From: Eledone cirrhosa
Lineage: Eukaryota
DNA length: 64,000 nt
NCBI GenBank assembly: GCA_964016885.1
Contig: OZ024741.1
Location: 92,132,001 to 92,196,000 of the forward strand
Reading direction: 5' to 3'
A program made the position numbers and the translations under genes. Of the stretch, positions 1-15,519 are shown in pieces. The notes under the pieces were generated by a model, which worked only from the letters and a program-made list of their open reading frames with translations, was not told the DNA's origin and did no database searches. Within the stretch, counting starts at the first letter, position 1. The number at the start of each line of letters is the position of its first letter.

Positions 1-992
1 CAAACGCCCTCCAACGGTAATAACATTGACATAGTTCCACTGATCATGGTGTCGAGTTTGTACATTCTTCTCCCATACAACTATTCTACAATATCTGGTT
101 CTAGTGTCAACACGATTTACCTCTTTAACTGAACCTCCAAATAATGCCTTGCTTGCTAGCTTTGTGGCGAAGTGACTTGAGCGTGACTTGTTCCATTGCC
201 ATTTGCTGAAAGTTCGAACGCCGCATATTTATTGCTCAAACCTGTCGTCTGACACTTTAATTAGTCAAGTCACTCTTCTGCCCACTTAATCTAGTGTTTT
301 CCAACAATTTGACTCACTCATAACACCTTATCTTCAACCTGAACATCCGTTACATACGGCTTTAACTGTATTGCACGAAACCTCATTAGCAAGATATTAT
401 TTGCAATTACAAAACGGCGCTATTACTGCATTGCATTCAAAATTGTCTTTATGCTAATACTGCAGATTTTGGCAACTAGCTGTTTACTAATAAAGGTATG
501 ACAAGCATTTGAATTAAACTTTACATAGATTCTGTTAAATCACTACACAACGTTAAGACTTGATATAGGCCTAAGTTTTCTGCTTCTATCTTCCCCGCTC
601 AACCCTAAAAGCTGTATTTTGCTAGTATATTACATGTATTTGTTTGCGTTCTGAAGTATGTATTTGTATCTATATGAATCACTTGGTTTTATATGCTGTA
701 TGCTGTCACTGTATATGATTGCACACCATATGTATCATACGTACAAGGTCGGATTAAGTTCTTCTGGGGGCCCTAAGCTCTTAAGATTATCGTGCCCCAC
801 CACCTATATAAAAGAAAAAGATTTAAATTGAATAAAATGACACTGCACTTCCCTTGATGAAACAAAATAACTGGAAAGTAAGGAATTCTCATAGAGCTTG
901 CCTACTGCACTAAATAGCCAGGTACCTGCTCTACTTAGCCTTTAGGACCTCCCTTGCATTTCAACTGATTTGTATCTTGTCACATTTTAGTT

Positions 993-1023
<31 letters not shown>

Positions 1024-2969
1024 CGTTTTAAATATGGTTACCGAAAAGGATAGCAATTTTGTGGGTAGAGATAAATCGATTAAATTGACAACAGTACTTG
1101 GCAAGAACTTTATTTTATCGACTCCAGAAGGAGGAAAGGCAATGTTGACCTTGGAGGAATTCGAACTTTGCGTTCGAAACATTAAACCACTCCACAATAT
1201 GGCAATTACCTTTTTATCTGCTGTATGATCTGAGAGATTCTACACGAATGATCAACCTGCTAGAAATATCAGCCTGATTCCCCCAAATCACATCACATTC
1301 CTTGCCATGCACTCTTAACTTCTGAAGTTGTTGTTGGAGCGCTGTTTTGACATTTAGACCAGGTTGAGACCATCCCTCTCCAGGTCAAAACATAGCCGAT
1401 TTCTTAGTGAGAAAGAGGTTTAGAAGAATAATCGACCCCACTGCTGGATTGGTGATTCATCGTCCTGAAAGTGGTAATGGTTGCCCCCGGCAAGAATTGA
1501 ACTTAGAGAACATTATAATGGTTTCTAATTCGCAGCCTTCAAATCACCTTTAAAAAATTGCCAATGAAATTTTAGAATAATGTTCCCCACAATCTAGTTC
1601 TACAACGCACCCCTCGGACTACCCACCCTATCTGGTTACAATTACGCCCCTCCAGATTGTTACAAAAATGAGAATAGCAGTCGAAAGTTGAATGTTTATA
1701 TAGTGACGGTAGAGACCTTCGGTGTTTTTGGCCTCCGTACCACATCCCTACTTACTGCTATCATAGCAGTGTCGGCCACCCACAGAAGTGAGTCCCTTTG
1801 AATGGTTATTTCAATGCATCTCCTTCGCTTTTCTCTGGGATAACGCTTTCTCTATTTTGTCCACAAGAATCGCGAAGTATCCTGTGCTAGTGGTTCTACG
1901 TACCAATGAGCGTTCTTCCACACGGGTTCGTATCATTGGAGTAGCGATGATTGAGTATTCTTTCTCAAGTTTCATAAACGTGTTCACTTTCAAACAAAAA
2001 CACACATACCTAACTTGCTAATTACGATGTATATCCAACAGTGTGTACATGTAAACTGTTTTTAACATAGTACTCGGTTAAAATAACAATCAAAAGAGTG
2101 GAAATATAAATACTTAGAATGGATTTTCCGTCTCTCTCCTGATAGTTGTAGGGGTGCTGTCGTGTCATACTTGGGCACTGTAAACTTGACGGGGCCCATC
2201 CCCACTCTAGTTCTGAACTCAGTCGGTTTCTTCCAGAGGAAAGAGATAGAGCCGACTCCAGGGATACACTGGACTGGTATTTTATTTTTTATTGAACTCG
2301 AATTGATGCAAAGTTGACCTTAGCCGGATCTGAATTCCGAGAGCCGGAACGAATACTACAAAGCATTCAACTCGATGTTCAATTAAATCAGTACATGACT
2401 AGTACTTTATTTATTTTATCGACCGAAAATGATGAAAGGCAAAGTCGACTTCGGTAGTATTTGAACACAAAGTATAAGGGTCATAACTAAATGCCAGGAA
2501 CCATTTTGTCCGAAAATCTAGCGATTCTTATAATCCACCGCCCTGAATTTCGGTACAACTGTAGCCCTTTGGTAAGACGAGAACTTTATTAAACTGATTT
2601 TATCTCGTTGATAGAAAATCTTTGATAACTGCCATATCAAATTAAATGTAGTGAATTTAGTGAAAAGTAACTTTTTTAAGATATTAAAACCAAATCTGCC
2701 TTAATTTCAATTAAGCGGAATCGATTATTTTGACATTTTAGAAAAATTTAATCTATCGTCACTATGATAATTGGAGATTTAATGCTTTGGGGAGGTATAA
2801 GCTTTTGAGAGGGTATTGAGTTTTTTTGTTTTGTTTTTTTTTTATTAAGTGCACCGCTTGATGGAGGAATAGCTTAGCACACCAATCATTTTTAATTGCT
2901 ATCTAATCTTAATGATGGATTTGTTTAAACTACATTCTCATCAACTAAATGCACTCAACTTTTTTAAGG

Positions 2970-3235
2970 CTTGGTGGTTGGAGTGTTAAGCTCACGATCG
3001 CAAGTTCGTCAGTTTGAATCCCGACTGTACGTTGTGTCCTTGAGCAAGACATTATTTCATGTTGCTGCAGTGCATTTAGCTAGAAAAATTTAGTTGCACC
3101 TGCAATTCAAAGTACCAGCCTTGTTTCTCTAACGGTCTACTTGTCTGTAGAATGGTCAGCCATATGCACGTTAATTTCACGAACATGCTGTTCCATTGAT
3201 CAAACAACTGGAACATTCGGCGTCGACAGAGATCC
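2970..3235 (+). mobile_element. Old tRNA-derived CORE-like SINE (family B); relatives at ~4130-4420 and ~18060-18325
   Basis: tRNA-like head followed by GTGTCCTTGAGCAAGACA-type CORE segment and a shared body (CACCTGTAATTCAAA...GCACGTTAATTTCACGA). Confidence 0.7.
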
Positions 3236-4759
3236 AATACATACATTCCTCTTAAAACAGCATTCAAGGTCATTTCATCTGGAAACAAAACAGATGTGGC
3301 TTCTAAATTCAAATTCTACTAGCTTTTCTTAGCTATCTCAATTGGCAGAATCGTTGGAGCATTACATTAAATGCCTCGGCAGTTGTTCTGACTTTTCGAT
3401 CGTAGTTCACATGAGACTGAGATTAACTGTGCCTTTCATCCTTTCACGATTGACAAATAATTGAATAAAATTATGATAGGTTTTAGATAAATACAAACAC
3501 TTTAAAATAAACAGTTTTGCATCGTAGAACCAGGTGCGGTTTAGTATCAAAAGGGTTAAACTGTGATATCCAGAATATCTTAGCAGTTTCGATGAATGTG
3601 TTTTAATACAATTTCAGTTTAATATATTGAAAATGCTATTTCGGTTCTGCTAAATCACAGAACATATTTCTGTCTATATATTCTTCTCTAAATAGAAGTT
3701 CACTATGTCAAGAAACCTAACACTTTAGAGCTGTATAATCCAGATTTCTAGTCATGAATTTGACTCTTCGTGCAGTGTACAAAACGTTATGACCATATTC
3801 CAAATGGTATTTGAGAATGTACATGATCTATTTTTTGGACAAATTACTTCCCACGAAAAGCTAGCCGGGTGGGTAAGGGGGATACTATCTGTCAGTCGTG
3901 ACTCCTGACAAAAATTCCAACGCTTTTCCGATGACAGGGGATGGGATGTGAACTCATAACGCGCAGAGCTGGCAGAAACTGCAATGCATCCCGTCCGACT
4001 CTTTATCGATTTCGTCGATCCTCCGCCCTTGGATTGGTACTGCAGGAACAAATACGGAGGAATTTAATACGACTCTCTAAAGACTCAATTCGTCACCTTA
4101 GTTGACTAATTGTTACTTATTTGTTGCAGCGAAGGAGTGTAAAGTTGTAATTTCAATTTTCGGACCAGGTGGGGTGTTATGTTTTGGGGCAAGGTACTTG
4201 ATCCCACGCTTCTCCAGTCCACACAGGTGGAATAAAGTAGGTGTACATGTGATTCAAAGGGATAGCCTTGTTACGCACATAGTCACGCTGATTTCCGAGA
4301 ATTACTTTAATGGTACACGTGTCTGTGAAATGCCCAGCCACTTTCACATTCATTTCATGAGCTGGCCGTTCCGTTGTTCATACAGCTGGAACACTCATCG
4401 TTGTAACAGACGGAGGTACAACATATTTATTTTCGAGGGGTGAAAGCGATCGTAAAATGAATATTAAATATCTTTTATTTGTTAGTAACTAGTTACGGGG
4501 TGATTTTAACCTACTGAATTATATGTATGTAACTTTGTTTTTATTGTCCTTATTTTTATATCTTAGTCTGTCTGTCTTCTTCTCCTCCTCATTTTTCTTT
4601 TTTTTTTTCTTCTTCTTTGCCCAGTTATTTCAGAGGGTCCTATCGGAAGCAACCGTTTCCAAATAATCCAACTGAATCGTCAAACAAGACTGACCAAGGT
4701 CAGTCTAATTATTATTATTGAAATGTATTTATTGTTGAACACGGATGATATCTATATTT

Positions 4760-5095
4760 AGAGTGATACTTACACCCTCATGTTACGGATCATTCTCGAT
4801 ATCTCTTGGAAGCTCCATCCCACCAAACAAATATCCTACGGCAATCTTTTTTTGCAATCACTGATGTCATTAGATAGGGACACATGTGCTTTACAAGTTC
4901 TAGCTGGAGAGCTAAGCAAGAACTCATTAATAATATAGTCTTAAGGACACTATGACATGGATATCATGGGTCGGACGTCCCTCTAAAAACTCTTCATAAA
5001 CCAGTCCTGTATGGACATGGAATATTGCCCTGCTGACCATACGATGGAGTGCGTGATAGCGTTGAACAAATCTGAATAAGTTCGACTAGATGATG
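4760..5095 (+). mobile_element. Decayed 3' end of an RTE-like LINE ORF (probably the same family as 31592-32500)
   Basis: Translates as YTLMLRIILDISWKLHPTKQISYGNL...WRAKQELI with stops and frameshifts; ends in GAT/GGT repeats. Confidence 0.65.
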
Positions 5096-6139
5096 GTGGT
5101 ATTTCATTCAAGTTCCGTGAATGGGCAGAATCGTTAGGGACGTCGAACATAGCTCGTGGTATTTTTTCAGCTCTTTATGTTCTGAATTGGAACTCCACCA
5201 AAGTTACCTTTGCTTTTCAATTTACCAGTGTCGGTACAATAAGATACCTGTCACTAATTGGAGTCGATTTGATTGAACCCCATCGCCCTCAAAAGAAGAA
5301 TTGCTAACTTAGTTCCAAAGTTGATTTCTAATTTAGGCACATGGCCAGTCATGGTGGGGGAGGGTAAAGTTGATTAAACCAACCCCAATTCTTGATTTGT
5401 ATTTTATATTAGCGATCCCCGGATTGATGAAAGGTAAAGTTGACCTTGGTGGGATTTGAACTCAGAATGTAAAGAGCGAGAACAAAACCACTGCCAACTT
5501 GCCACTCTTGCTTTGTACTTAAATTAGAAACCATTATAATACTCCAATGTTTTTAAGTATACCAACGCATTTCAGTGTTGAATTCAAATCTCACCGGTAC
5601 CGATCTTAACCAGTCTTTTCTGTGTGCTGTGTACACATTTGGGTCAGTTTTTTAATCGACAAAACTCTTCCTGCTCTACAAAAGCGTTGAGTTTAAATCT
5701 TACTGTGAACATTCTTTACAAATGTTGCCTCAGTGCAGGTAAATAGGTAACTAGGGTCGGTTTTAATCGACAAAACTCCTCTTCTTCCTGATCTACAAAT
5801 GTTTCCTTGTGCCAATGTAAGAAATCAATATTATTAATACTCGATAATGTTCTGGCCGTCCATCATTACATTCATTCAGACGTCTGTCAGTATACATTAT
5901 ATTCAATGTTTGCTTTCCTGTCGTCGGCGACGGGGCGATGAGGGGCTTGGTGGTAGTGGTGATGGTGGTGGTGATGGCGATCGTTGGCAGTTTTGCTGTT
6001 CTTGTTGTTAGTGATGTTCTCTGTCTATGTCTCCCTATATTTTCTCCAGTAGTATTAGTGGTGATTGTGGTAGAGTGTTTTGCTAGTGATGCTGTATACC
6101 TGTCTGTATGTATGTCCGTCGTTCTCCCAATATTCCTTA

Positions 6140-9100
6140 CTACCACCGCCGTCACAACCACGACCATCTCCATCACAACTACCACCAACACCACCACCAC
6201 TACTACCATCCCCACCTCCATCACAACAATTATCACAACAACAAGCACCACAATCTCCATTGCAACCACTACCTCCACCAACAAACCACAACCACTACCT
6301 CCACCAACAAACCACAACCACCAACACCACCAACACAACAGGCTTCACAATCTCCACCACCTCCATCACAACCACTACATCCACCACACCATCACCACCA
6401 CAACCATCGCCACCACCGCCACAACAACAATCACCACCTCCATCACAACCACTACCTCCACCACATCCATCGCCACCACCGCCACAACAACAATCACCAC
6501 CTCCATCACAACGACCACCAACACCACCACCACAACAAGCATCTCAATCTCCACAACCTCCATCACAACAACAACAACAATAATCATCACAACCACAACC
6601 ACCACCACCACAAGTCATCACCACCACAACAACAACAACAACAGCTTACCACCATCACCACCACCACAACAACAACAGCTTACCGCCAACACCACCACCA
6701 CCACGACAACAACTATCACCATCAACACCACCACCACAACAACAGCTATCACCACCACAACAACAACTACTATCACCACCACCACCACCACAACAACAGC
6801 TATCACCACCACAACAACAACAGCTATCACCACCACCACCACAACAACAACAACTATCACCACCACCACCACAACAACAACAACTATCACCACCACCACA
6901 ACAACAGCTATCACCACCACAACAACAACAACTATCACCACCACCACAACAACAACAACTATCACCACCACCACAACAACAACAGCTATCACCACCACAA
7001 CAACAACAGCTATCACCACCACCACCACAACAACAACAGCTATCACCACCACCACCACAACAACAACAGCTATCACCACCACCACCACAACAACAACAGC
7101 TATCACCACCACAACAACAACAGCTATCACCACCACCACCACAACAACAACAACTATCACCACCACCACCACAATAACAACAGCTATCACCACCACCACC
7201 ACAACAACAACTATCACCACCACCACCACAACAACAACAACTATCACCACCACCACCACAATAACAACAGCTATCACCATCACCACCACAACAACAACAG
7301 CTATCACCACCACCACCACCACAACAACAGCTATCACCACCACAACAACAACAGCTATCACCACCACCACCACAACAACAACAGCTATCACCATCACCAC
7401 CACAACAACAACAGCTATCACCACCACCACCACAACAACAACAACTATCACCACCACCACCACAACAACAACAGCTATCACCATCACCACCACAACAACA
7501 ACAGCTATCACCACCACCACCACAACAACAACAACTATCACCACCACCACCACCACAACAACAGCTATCACCATCACCACCACAACAACAACAGCTATCA
7601 CCATCACCACCACAACAACAACAACTATCACCACCACCACCACAACAACAACAACTATCACCACCACCACCACAACAACAACAACTATCACCACCACCAC
7701 CACCACAACAACAGCTATCACCATCACCACCACAACAACAACAACTATCACCACCACCACCACCACAACAACAGCTATCACCATCACCACCACAACAACA
7801 ACAGCTATCACCATCACCACCACAACAACAACAGCTATCACCATCACCACCACAACAACAACAACTATCACCATCACCACCACAACAACAACAGCTATCA
7901 CCATCACCACCACAACAACAACAGCTATCACCATCACCACCACAACAACAACAGCTATCACCATCACCACCACAACAACAACAGCTACCACCATCACCAC
8001 CACAACAACAACAACTATCACCACCACCACCACCACAACAACAGCTATCACCATCACCACCACAACAACAACAACTATCACTACCACCACCACCACAACA
8101 ACAGCTATCACCACCACCACCACCACAACAACAACTATCACCACCACCACCACAACAACAACAGCTATCACCATCACCACCACAACAACAACAACTATCA
8201 CCACCACAACCACAACAACAACAGCTATCACCATCACCACCACAACAACAACAACTATCACCATCACCACCACAACAACAACAGCTATCACCACCATCAA
8301 CACCACAACAACAACTATCACCACCACCACCACAACAACAACAACAACTATCACCATCACCACCACAACAACAACAACTATCACCATCACCACCACAACA
8401 ACAACAACTATCACCACCACCACCACGACAACAACAACTATCACCATCACCACCACAACAACAACAGCTTTCACCATCACCACCACAACAACAACAGCTA
8501 TCACCATCACCACCACAACAACAACAGCTATCACCATCACCACCACAACAATAACAACTATCACCACCACAACCACAACAACAACAGCTATCACCATCAC
8601 CACCACAACAACAACAGCTATCACCATCACCACCACAACAACAACAGCTATCACCACCACCACCACAACAACAACAACTATCACCACCACCACCACAACA
8701 ACAACAGCTATCACCATCACCACCACAACAGCAACAGCTATCACCACCACCACCACAACAACAACAACTATCACCACCACCACCACCACAACAACAACAG
8801 CTATCACCACCACAACAACAACAACTATCACCACCACAACCACAACAACAACAGCTTTCACCATCACCACCACAACAACAACAGCTATCACCATCACCAC
8901 CACAACAACAACAGCTATCACCATCACCACCACAACAACAACAGCTATCACCACCACCACAACAACAACAACTATCACCACCACAACCACAACAACAACA
9001 ACTATCACCACCACAACCACAACAACAACAGCTATCACCATCACCACCACAACAACAACAGCTATCACCACCACCACCACAACAACAACAACTATCACCA

Positions 9101-12100
9101 CCACAACCACAACAACAACAGCTATCACCATCACCACAACAACAACAACAACTATCACCACCACCACCACAACAACAACAGCTATCACCACCACCACCAC
9201 AACAACAAGAGCTATCACCACAACCACCACAACAACAACTATCACCACCACCACAACAACAACAACAGCTATCACCACCACCACCACAACAACAACAGCT
9301 ATCACCATCACCACCACAACAGCAACAGCTATCACCACCACCACCACAATAACAACAACTATCACCACCACCACCACAACAACAACAGCTATCACCACCA
9401 CAACAACAACAACTATCACCACCACAACCACAACAACAACAGCTTTCACCATCACCACCACAACAACAACAGCTATCACCATCACCACCACAACAACAAC
9501 AGCTATCACCATCACCACCACAACAACAACAGCTATCACCACCACCACAACAACAACAACTATCACCACCACAACCACAACAACAACAGCTATCACCATC
9601 ACCACCACAACAACAACAGCTATCACCATCACCACCACAACAACAACAACTATCACCACCACAACCACAACAACAACAACTATCACCACCACAACCACAA
9701 CAACAACAGCTATCACCACCACCACCACAACAACAACAGCTATCACCATCACCACCACAACAACAACAGCTATCACCACCACCACAACAACAACAACTAT
9801 CACCACCACAACCACAACAACAACAGCTATCACCATCACCACCACAACAACAACAGCTATCACCATCACCACCACAACAACAACAACTATCACCACCACA
9901 ACCACAACAACAACAACTATCACCACCACAACCACAACAACAACAGCTATCACCATCACCACCACAACAACAACAGCTATCACCACCACCAACACCACAA
10001 CAACAACAGCTATCACCATCACCACCACAACAACAACAACTATCACCACCACCAACACCACAACAACAACAGCTATCACCATCACCACCACAACAACAAC
10101 AGCTATCACCATCACCACCACAACAACAACAGCTATCACCATCACCACCACAACAACAACAACTATCACCATCACCACCACAACAACAACAACTATCACC
10201 ACCACCACCACAACAACAACAGCTATCACCATCACCACCACCACAACAACAGCTATCACCACCACCACCACAACAACAACAACTATCACCATCACCACCA
10301 CAACAACAACAACTATCACCACCACCACCACAACAACAACAGCTATCACCATCACCACCACCACAACAACAACTATCACCACCACCACCACAACAACAAC
10401 AACTATCACCATCACCACCACAACAACAACAGCTATCACCACCACCACCACAACAACAACAACTATCACCACCACCACAATAACAACAACAGCTATCACC
10501 ACCACCACCACAACAACAACAGCTATCACCATCACCACCACAACAACAACAGCTATCACCATCACCACCACAACAACAACAGCTATCACCATCACCACCA
10601 CAACAACAACAGCTATCACCACCACCACAACAACAACAGCTATCACCACCACCACCACAACAACAACAACTATCACCACCACCACCACCACAACAACAGC
10701 TATCACCATCACCACCACAACAACAACAACTATCACCACCACCACCACAACAACAACAGCTATCACCATCACCACCACAACAACAGCTATCACCATAACC
10801 ACTACAACAACAACAACTATCACCACCACCACCACAACAACAACAACTATCACCACCACCACTACCACAACAACAGCTATCACCATAACCACTACAACAA
10901 CAACAACTATCACCACCACCACCACAACAACAACAGCTATCACCATCACCACCACAACAACAACAACTATCACCATCACCACCACAACAACAACAGCTAT
11001 TACCATCACCACCACAACAACAACAACTATCACCACCACAACAACAACAACTATCACCACCACCACCACAACAACAACAGCTATCACCACCACCACCACA
11101 ACAACAACAGCTATCACCATCACCACCACAACAACAACAACTATCACCACCACCAACACCACAACAACAACAGCTATCACCATCACCACCACAACAACAA
11201 CAGCTATCACCATCACCACCACAACAACAACAGCTATCACCACCACCACCACAACAACAACAACTATCACCACCACCACCACAACAACAACAGCTATCAC
11301 CACCACCACCACAACAACAACAGCTATCACCATCACCACCACAACAACAACTACTATCACCACCACCACAACCACAACAACAACAACTATCACCACCACC
11401 ACCACAACAACAACAGCTATCACCACCACCACCACAACAACAACAACTATCACCACCACCACCACAACAACAACAGCTATCACCACCACCACCACAACAA
11501 CAACAGCTATCACCATCACCACCACAACAACAACTACTATCACCACCACCACAACCACAACAACAACAACTATCACCACCACCACCACAACAACAACAGC
11601 TATCACCACCACCACCACAACAACAACAGCTATCACCATCACCACCACAACAACAACAGCTATCACCATCACCACCACCACAACAACAACAGCTATCACC
11701 ACCACCATCACCACCACCACAACAGCTATCACCACCACCACCACCACAACAACAACTATCACCATCACCACCACAACAACAACAGCTATCACCACCACCA
11801 CCACAACAACAACAACTATCACCATCACCACCACAACAACAACAGCTATCACCACCACCACCACAACAACAACAGCTATCACCATCACCACCACAACAAC
11901 AACTACTATCACCACCACCACAACCACAACAACAACAACTATCACCACCACCACCACAACAACAACAGCTATCACCATCACCACCACAACAACAACAGCT
12001 ATCACCATCACCACCACCACAACAACAACAGCTATCACCACCACCATCACCACCACCACAACAGCTATCACCACCACCACCACCACAACAACAACTATCA

Positions 12101-14280
12101 CCATCACCACCACAACAACAACAGCTATCACCACCACCACCACAACAACAACAACTATCACCACCACCACCACCACAACAACAACTATCACCATCACCAC
12201 CACAACAACAGCTATCACCATCACCACCACAACAACAACAACTATCACCACCACCACCACCACAACAACAACTATCACCATCACCACCACAACAACAACA
12301 GCTATCACCACCACCACCACAACAACAACAGCTATCACCATCACCACCACAACAACAACAGCTTTCACCATCACCACCACCACAACAACAACAGCTATCA
12401 CCACCACCATCACCACCACCACAACAGCTATCACGAACAACACCAACAACATCTACCACCACTACAACGACCATCACCACCACCACAACAACAGCTATCA
12501 AACCACCACTAAAACACCACCACAACACCAACATAACAACTACCTCCACTACAACGACCACCACCATCACACCACCACAACACCACCACAACAACTACCA
12601 CCACCACAACACCACCACCACCACAACACCACCACAACAACAACAACAACTACCACCAATACAACGACCACCACCAGTACAACGACCATCACCACCACCA
12701 CCACCACAACAACACCTCCACCACCCCCAACACCACCACAACACCACCACAACAACTACCACCACCACAACACCACCACCACAACACCACCACCACCACC
12801 ACCACCACAACACCACCACAACAACAACAACAACGACCACCAATACAACGACCACCACCAGTACAACGACCATCACCACCACCACAACACCTCCACCACC
12901 CCCAACACCACCACAACACCACCACCACCACAACAACAACTATCTCCACTACAACGACCACCACACCACCACCACTATCACCACCAACACCACCACACCA
13001 CCACCACTATCATCACCAACACCACACCACCACTATCACCACCACCACACCACTATCACCACCAACATCACAACACCACCACCACACCACTACCACCACC
13101 ACACCACTACCACACCACTACCACCACCACACCACCACCACACCACTACCACCACCACAACACCACCACACCAATACCACTACCACCACCACCATAACAA
13201 CAATCACAACAGTCACCACCTCTACCACTAACACCGCCATAACAGCAGTCACCGCAATCACAACCTCTACCACCACCACACCATTACCACCACCATCACT
13301 ACCACCACCACTACCACAACACCACCACTACCACCACCACACCACCACCACAACAACAACAACAACTACCTCCACTACAACGACCACCACCATCACACGA
13401 CCACCACAACACCACCACCACCACAACACAACAACAACAGTTACCTCCACTATAACGACCACCACCACCACCAACACCACCACAACAACACAACCTCAAC
13501 AACACCACCACAACAACATCAACTACCTCCACTACAACGACCACCACCATCACACCATCTCTACAACACCACCACCACAACATCACCACCACTACCACAA
13601 CACCACCACCCCACCACCAACACCACCACCACACCACTACCACCACCACCACACCACCACCCCCACAACAACAACTACCTCCACTACAACAACCACAACA
13701 ACACCCACCACAACAACAACAGCTATCTCCACTACAACGACCACCACCATCACACCACCACCACCACAACACCACCACAACACCACCACCACCACAACAA
13801 CAACAACTACCTCCACTACAACGACCACCACCACCACAACAACACCATCACCACCACCTCCACGGCATCATCACCACAACACCACCATCACCACCACCTC
13901 CACGGCATCATCACCACAACACCACCACCACAACGCCACCACCACAACAACAACTACCTCCACTACAATGACCACCACACCACCACAACAACAACTACCT
14001 CCACTACAACGACCACCACCATCATCACCACCACCACAACACCAGCACCACCACCACAACACCATCACCACCACCTCCACGGCATCATCCCCACAACACC
14101 ACCATCACTACCACCCCACGGCATCATCACCACAACACCACCACCACAACGCCACCACCACAACAACAACTACCTCCACTACAATGAGCACCACACCACC
14201 ACAACAACAACTACCCCTACTACAACGACTACCACCACCCCACCACCACCTCCACTACAACGACCACCACTATCACACCC
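6140..14280. repeat. Giant (ACC)n/(ACA)n array; homogeneous core ~6700-12430 with a 30-bp unit ATC ACC AYC ACC ACC ACA ACA ACA ACA RCT and degenerate flanks
   Basis: Directly visible 30-bp period, with length variants in multiples of 3 nt. The + strand has almost no G. Confidence 0.97.
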
Positions 14281-14850
14281 CAGTCGTATTAGATGTCGTC
14301 TTGCTATCTGTAATCAGTCTAATATATCAGTGTAACATATCACTCTAACATATAGCGAGTAAGCAACGATTTACCGGTCATAGATGTCTAACAACGTTCG
14401 GCTCCCGTGGACGTGACCTACAATGCTTGCAAAGTATTTATCGATTTTATAGAACTCTGCAGCAATCTGTAATCCGATTGCCTGGGAAATTAACGAAGTT
14501 GGTGGCCTTAGAAAAATAATACTGTGATATTGGCACGAATATATAGCCTGTTTAGCAGTTGATGGTTTCTTTCTTCGTTTTTCTTTATAATTGTCCTTTA
14601 TTCTTAATTATTATTTTTTTCATTTATCCTTTTGTAAGAAATCCCTCTGTGGGTAAGATTATTCTGTAACAAAAGCGATATTAATGTACCATTTTTGATT
14701 TCAGTGTTTTTCCTTTCTTTTTCTTCTTCTTTGATATTATGAACAGTTAACTTACCCTTCTAACTTATCCACCCCCACCCCCAGACACACGCACGATATG
14801 TTGTTGGTTGTTTGTTGTTGTTTTTAAAATAATCAAATTATCTTTTTTGA

Positions 14851-15038
14851 AATAATTGTTTCTACTTTTGACACAAGGCCAGCAATTATTCCAGTGCATT
14901 ACTGGTACTTTATTTTATCGACCCCGTAAGGATGAAAGGCAAAGTTAACCTCGGCGGGATTTGAACTCAGATCATAAAGGGAGGTAACTCTATGCTTCAA
15001 AGCATGGCGTCCGACCCTTATCGATACTGCCAATCCAC
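14851..15038 (-). mobile_element. Young tRNA-derived SINE, family A (~190 bp)
   Basis: A box TGGCAGTATCG and B box GAGTTCAAATCC on the minus strand, central GCCTTTCATCCTTACGGGGTCGATAAAATAAAGTACC, ATT tail; TSD TTTTTGAAATAAT. Confidence 0.9.
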
Positions 15039-15519
15039 TTTTTGAAATAATGACCATACAATGCTTGTGATATTTTAGTAAATGGGGAAAGAAAGAAAAA
15101 AAATCGTCAGTCATCAAACAGAAAAAGATTTAGTAGTAGTGGTGGTGGTAGTGGTCGTAGTTGTCGTGATGGTAGTAGTAGTAGTGATGATGATGGTGCT
15201 TGGCGTCGTCGTCGTCCATGAATCTTCTGAAAGAGGCTTTAAGATTGAGCATCACAGCTCAACGTATGACCCGTCGGTTATACAATGCGACAATGGTCGC
15301 ATAAGGAGAAATGTTTATAGTGCTAAGGTTTGGATCGTCTTCGAATCATCTCTAGTAACATCCGATACAAGGTAACTGACTTATAGTTGTTATTGATGTT
15401 GCTATTATTCAGGTTATACAGATTCAGTTAACTCTAATGAGCTGAGCAGACCTATGGTGTAATTGTCACCTCGTTACTAACAATCGCGCTGTTAATGTGC
15501 CTTTATAGACTTTCTGGCT

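Noticed and set aside
1-2030. Short ORFs, including a minus-strand frame open to the window edge (1-230) and ORFs at 1788-2021
   Set aside because: No recognisable motifs or convincing splice structure.
5938-13197. 2419-aa Thr-rich ORF and the overlapping His/Asn, Val and Cys/Gly ORFs as real CDS
   Set aside because: Several frames on both strands are open because ACC/ACA repeats rarely form stops. The hydrophobic start comes from a GTG repeat, and no mucin Cys-rich or other domain is present.
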